From Saprolegnia diclina VS20 (taxonomy: Eukaryota): a DNA stretch of 64,000 nucleotides. Shown one piece after another: positions 60,139-64,000 of this stretch (position 1 is its first letter; each line of letters starts with the position of its first letter). The stretch is taken from the NCBI RefSeq assembly GCF_000281045.1, contig NW_008246165.1, forward strand, positions 85,604-149,603, given 5' to 3'. The notes under the pieces are model-generated. The model had not been told where the DNA came from. It saw only the letters and a list, made by a program, of their open reading frames with translations, and ran no database searches. A program made the position numbers and the translations under genes.

Positions 60139-62246
60139 ATGGCATCCCTCGATGTGATGAGCTCGCCGTCTCTGGCGCAAACAATCTTCAGCTTCCAGCG
60201 CGGCAAGTCGCTTCGCATTCTCATTGGCGCTTTCCTGCAAAGCTGCGAGAAGCTCGAGAAGCGGGGCTTTGAATACAAGCGGCTCGGCTGCACCGACGTC
60301 CTGCACCAGTTCAAGTGCATCTCTGCCTCCCGCTGAACGGGCCTACCGACGCCCGGTACCCGCTACACTGCGCGATTCTCAGCGGCAACCTCCGCATCGT
60401 CGAGTACATGCTCGCGTACAAGCATCCGACGGTGTCGCCGGCGGCCATCGACTGCGCCTTCATCAGCGGCCACATCGACATTGTTTGCGCGCTTCTGGCG
60501 GCCCGCAACACCGTGCGCCAGCTTTGCCGACCAAGCGACGCGACTAAGCCGAACGACACGCTCGTCGCGCAGGTGCTGCGCCACAACAGCGAGCTGCTGC
60601 TCGAGCTCTTCGCCGCGTACACGGACGTGCAGTGGGACGGCGAAGCGCTGCGGGTCGCGCTCTCGTCTGAAAAAGTTACCTGCGTCGAGTACACTCACGG
60701 CAGTCGACACGCAGAAGGTCTCCCCTGCTTTGATTTTGTGTACGCCCAGTGCCGCGACCGACCGGGCGCACTCGACACACTCCTCGACGACGCTGCTCGC
60801 CTCTCGCCGCTCTACATCGTCCAGCGCTTGCACGAGGACGGATTAGCGTGCACGAGCTTCGCCATGGACGCCGCAGCGCGTCGCGGCCACTTGGACATGG
60901 TTCGTTTTTTGCATTTGCACCGCACCGAGGGGTGCACCGTCGCTGCAATGGACACTGCCGCCGCGCGTGGCGACCTTGCAATCGTGCGCTTCTTGCACGA
61001 GCATCGCACAGAGGGCTGCTCGACCAAGGCGCTCGGAGGCGCCGTCGCCAACGACCACAAAGACATCGTGTGCTTCCTCCTCGATAACCGTGGTGAAGCG
61101 TGCTCGCCCCGGGCACTCGACATTGCATTGACCAACTGTCGCTTCGAGATGGCCGAGTACCTTCTCCAGCGCTGTCCGCACCTGACGTACGCGGACCACG
61201 GCTGGCACATGACACTGCTGCATGGCCCCCTCGACCTCATCATTGCGCTGGCCATACGCCAACCCTTGCGCCCGGCACCGTACACGCTAAACAAGCTTTT
61301 TGCCGCCCAACGACCGGAAGTGGTAGCTGTTCTTGTCAACCACGGTCTCATCACGTGGACGTTTGACGAGGTCTATGCCGCAGTCGCTGATGAACCCGGG
61401 ACACTGGAGCTTGTGGCCACCTACCCGCGCACTCGCGATCTCGTTGTCGCGGCAGCGCTGGCAAAAGGGCTCCTCCCGTTGGCCCAAGAGCTTCTGGCGC
61501 TGGGCTTTCCTCTGTGCGTGTCCCTCGACACACCCATGATGGCGTGCCTTGGGTCGGACGCGGGGCTGCCGACGATGGAACTTCTCGTTGCGCACGGTGT
61601 GCCGCTGCAGGCGTCGTGGCTGGACCGGGCCGCTGGCGAAAACCTGGCGCTTGTTGAGTACACCCATACGCACAGCAACGGCGCATGCTCGGTGATGGCA
61701 CTCGACTCAGCGGTAGCGAGAGGCCTTGACGACGTCGCCCGCTTCTTGATGGCCCATCGCACTGAGGGGTGCTCGATGAGCGCGGTTCGGAGCTGCATCA
61801 CTCGCGACGACGACGTGCTGCTTTACGAGCTCTGCGCGACGTACCCGAACGTGTGCGACGAGAGGGCGCTCATGGCGGCCATCACCGAGACGCCGCAGCA
61901 GAAGCTTCAAGCCAAATACGTGCGCTGGTGGTGCCAACGACGAGGCCAAAGCGACCGCGACGCGTTCGTTGCTGCGCTCGACTTGGGTCTAAACAGCTGG
62001 GCCTTTCAGAGCCTCTTGGCGTCGTGCTTGTCGTCAAACGACCCCCGTGACAACCTCGTCTTCCTAAGCAGCATTACGGATGCAGTGCTCCAGCGTGGGT
62101 TGGGGCCCCGTAGCTGGCACTTGCGACGCGCGCTCGAAGCGCAGGCCTTGTCGAGTACCGTACGCACCGACGCAGCGGCTAAGGCATTGTTCGAAGCGAA
62201 CGAGCTAACGGCGTGGGCCCACTACGTGCTTGACGCAACGTGTTAG
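60139..62246 (+). CDS. Ankyrin-like repeat family member with apparent frameshift near 60273-60333
   Basis: MASLDVMSSPSLAQTIFSFQRG is in one frame; HLCLP..DARYPLHCAI and the HRTEGC-type repeats (AMDAAARRGHLDMVRFLH) are in another. Confidence 0.72.
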
Positions 62247-62685
62247 TCAGTCGTAGTTTCTTTATGGTTTTCTAGCTGATATTTGAATTTCAGTTGATTT
62301 TTGCCCGCGGATCATTCAAGCGCAGAGAGTGATAGCTGCGATGATGAATATCACATGGCTGGACCTTACATTACGTCGTACAGTGTACATGGTCATTGTG
62401 CTACGTTGTCGCTGTACGTGTATCCCTCGACACCGGCAGCTCGTTCATGAACAGGATTCTTGATGCCCGCCAGAACACGTCCGTGCGATCCAGTGGCATC
62501 TTGTCTCCCTCTTAGCCTGCGTCCAAGCTCCACAGCTCAGCACCACAGCTCCCTCGCACCTCCTGAATGCAGAACGAATGCAGCCATTGGTGTCGCAACA
62601 CAGATGATTGCGAATCGAAGATATATCAACATTCGCTCTCTGACGAACGTCGTCACTAGTAAATTTGCCACCAGCAACACAGAAG

Positions 62686-63470
62686 ATGCAGCTCAAGAAC
62701 GCCGTTGGCATCGTCACGGGCGCCGCCCAAGGCCTCGGCCTCGCCTTCTCCAAGTCAATCCTCGAGGGCGGCGGCCGCGTCTTCCTCACCGACATCAATG
62801 ACTGCGCGCTGGCCGAGGCGGCGTGGGAGCTCCAGGCCCGCCACTCGGTCGACCGCGTCGGCTACGCTAAGCAGGACGTCACGGACGACGCGTCGTTTGA
62901 CGCAATCTTTGACGCGGCCAACAAGCACTTCGACGCCGACCTTGTCAACCTTCTCGTCAACAACGCCGGCGTAAGCTGCAAGTACCACGAATTCTACAGC
63001 GAAAGCACGGCGTGGCGCAAGACGATCGAAGTCAACCTCATCTCCGTCATGCGCGGGACGCAGGTAGAGATAGCATCTCGCTGCGCATGCTAACATGCCT
63101 GTAGGTGGCGCTGCACCGCCTCGCCAAGCCCGGTGTCATCGTCAATGTCGCGAGCGCCGCCGCGTTCCAGCCGACGCCGCCGATCCCCGAGTACGGCATC
63201 ACGAAGGGCGCCATTGTCAACTTCACACAGGCGATCGCGCACCAAGTCCAGGACATCCGCGTCACGGCGTTCTGCCCCGCGTTCGTCGACACCCCGATGG
63301 GCCAAGTCGCGCTCAAGGGCTCGCCACAGGTCGTCGAGGCGTTTGGCGGTCTCCTCACACCCGAATACACGGCCGAGGTCTTCCAGACGTCGTTGCTGGA
63401 CGAGACGAACGCCGGCAAAGCGCTCCTGGTGACCCCGCGCCATGTGGGCTACCACGGCGACAAGCCCTAG
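62686..63470 (+). CDS. Short-chain dehydrogenase, 15-hydroxyprostaglandin dehydrogenase-like
   Basis: VTGAAQGLG, LVNNAG, WRKTIEVNL.SV..GT, IVNVAS, catalytic YGITK, CPAFVDT; intron at 63064-63104. Confidence 0.88.
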
Positions 63471-63681
63471 CTAGTATAATACATCAGTACATTTGTCAAG
63501 CGTGCCTTGACCGCCTTGCCCAGCAGCGGCCGGCCTTCGAACGACCCGCGATCGTCGGTCGTCGCTTCGTTGTTGAAGTTGGCAACAGACGTTTGCATCA
63601 TCATCTGGCCTGATTTTCACACGTTGTTTTTCACGTGTGAAAGGCAGCTCTTCACGGTTGCCATCATTTCAACCTGGGAAA

Positions 63682-64000
63682 ATGACCCTCGAACACGTCG
63701 TTGGCATCGTCACGGGCGCCGCCCAGGGCCTCGGCCTCGCCTTCTCCAAGTCCATCCTCGAGGGCGGCGGCCGCGTCTTCCTCACCGATATCAACCACAC
63801 GGCGCTGGTCGATGCGGCGCGGGCGCTCGAGACACAGTACTCGGCGGCGCGCGTCGGCTACGCAATGCAGGACGTCACCAACGACGCGTCGTTCGATGTA
63901 ATCTTTGACGCAGCCAACCAGCACTTTGGCGAAGACCATCGCGTGAACCTGCTCGTCAACAACGCCGGTCTCAACGGCAAGTACTTTGACTTTTACGACG
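63682..64000 (+). CDS. Tandem HPGD-like SDR paralog (partial, runs off the window)
   Basis: MTLEHVVGIVTGAAQGLGLAFSKSILEGGGRVFLTDIN...LLVNNAG, near-identical to the start of the 62686 gene. Confidence 0.85.
   Translation, partial: MTLEHVVGIVTGAAQGLGLAFSKSILEGGGRVFLTDINHTALVDAARALETQYSAARVGYAMQDVTNDASFDVIFDAANQHFGEDHRVNLLVNNAGLNGKYFDFYD

Overview
A gene-dense eukaryotic window with GC-rich coding sequence and many short (about 40-55 nt) GT-AG introns. Gene content and promoter motifs point to an oomycete, most likely Saprolegniales (inference, no search run). About 28 genes or gene remnants are visible: a NAP1/NCKAP1-like WAVE-complex subunit, a myosin with IQ-ankyrin-FYVE tail, a TPR-methyltransferase, a UPF0390 protein, a two-RGS-domain protein, an ALMT/FUSC-like membrane protein with EF-hands, a secreted PAI-like flavoenzyme, mitochondrial-type GluRS, a divergent ASF1-like protein, two M16A peptidases, E2F, a FAM227-like protein, a tandem two-repeat CNBD K+ channel and two HPGD-like SDRs. 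Six copies plus one relic of an ankyrin-like repeat family share an F-box-like N-terminal motif. Two of these are near-identical inverted copies about 40 kb apart that differ mainly in hypervariable patches, and two copies appear disrupted. Other highlights are a U12-type AT-AC intron in the ASF1-like gene, recurring inverted CCAAT-pair promoter modules and a small MITE-like inverted repeat. There is a 375-N assembly gap at 57925-58299. Spliced gene boundaries were read by eye, and family assignments come from remembered motifs rather than database searches.
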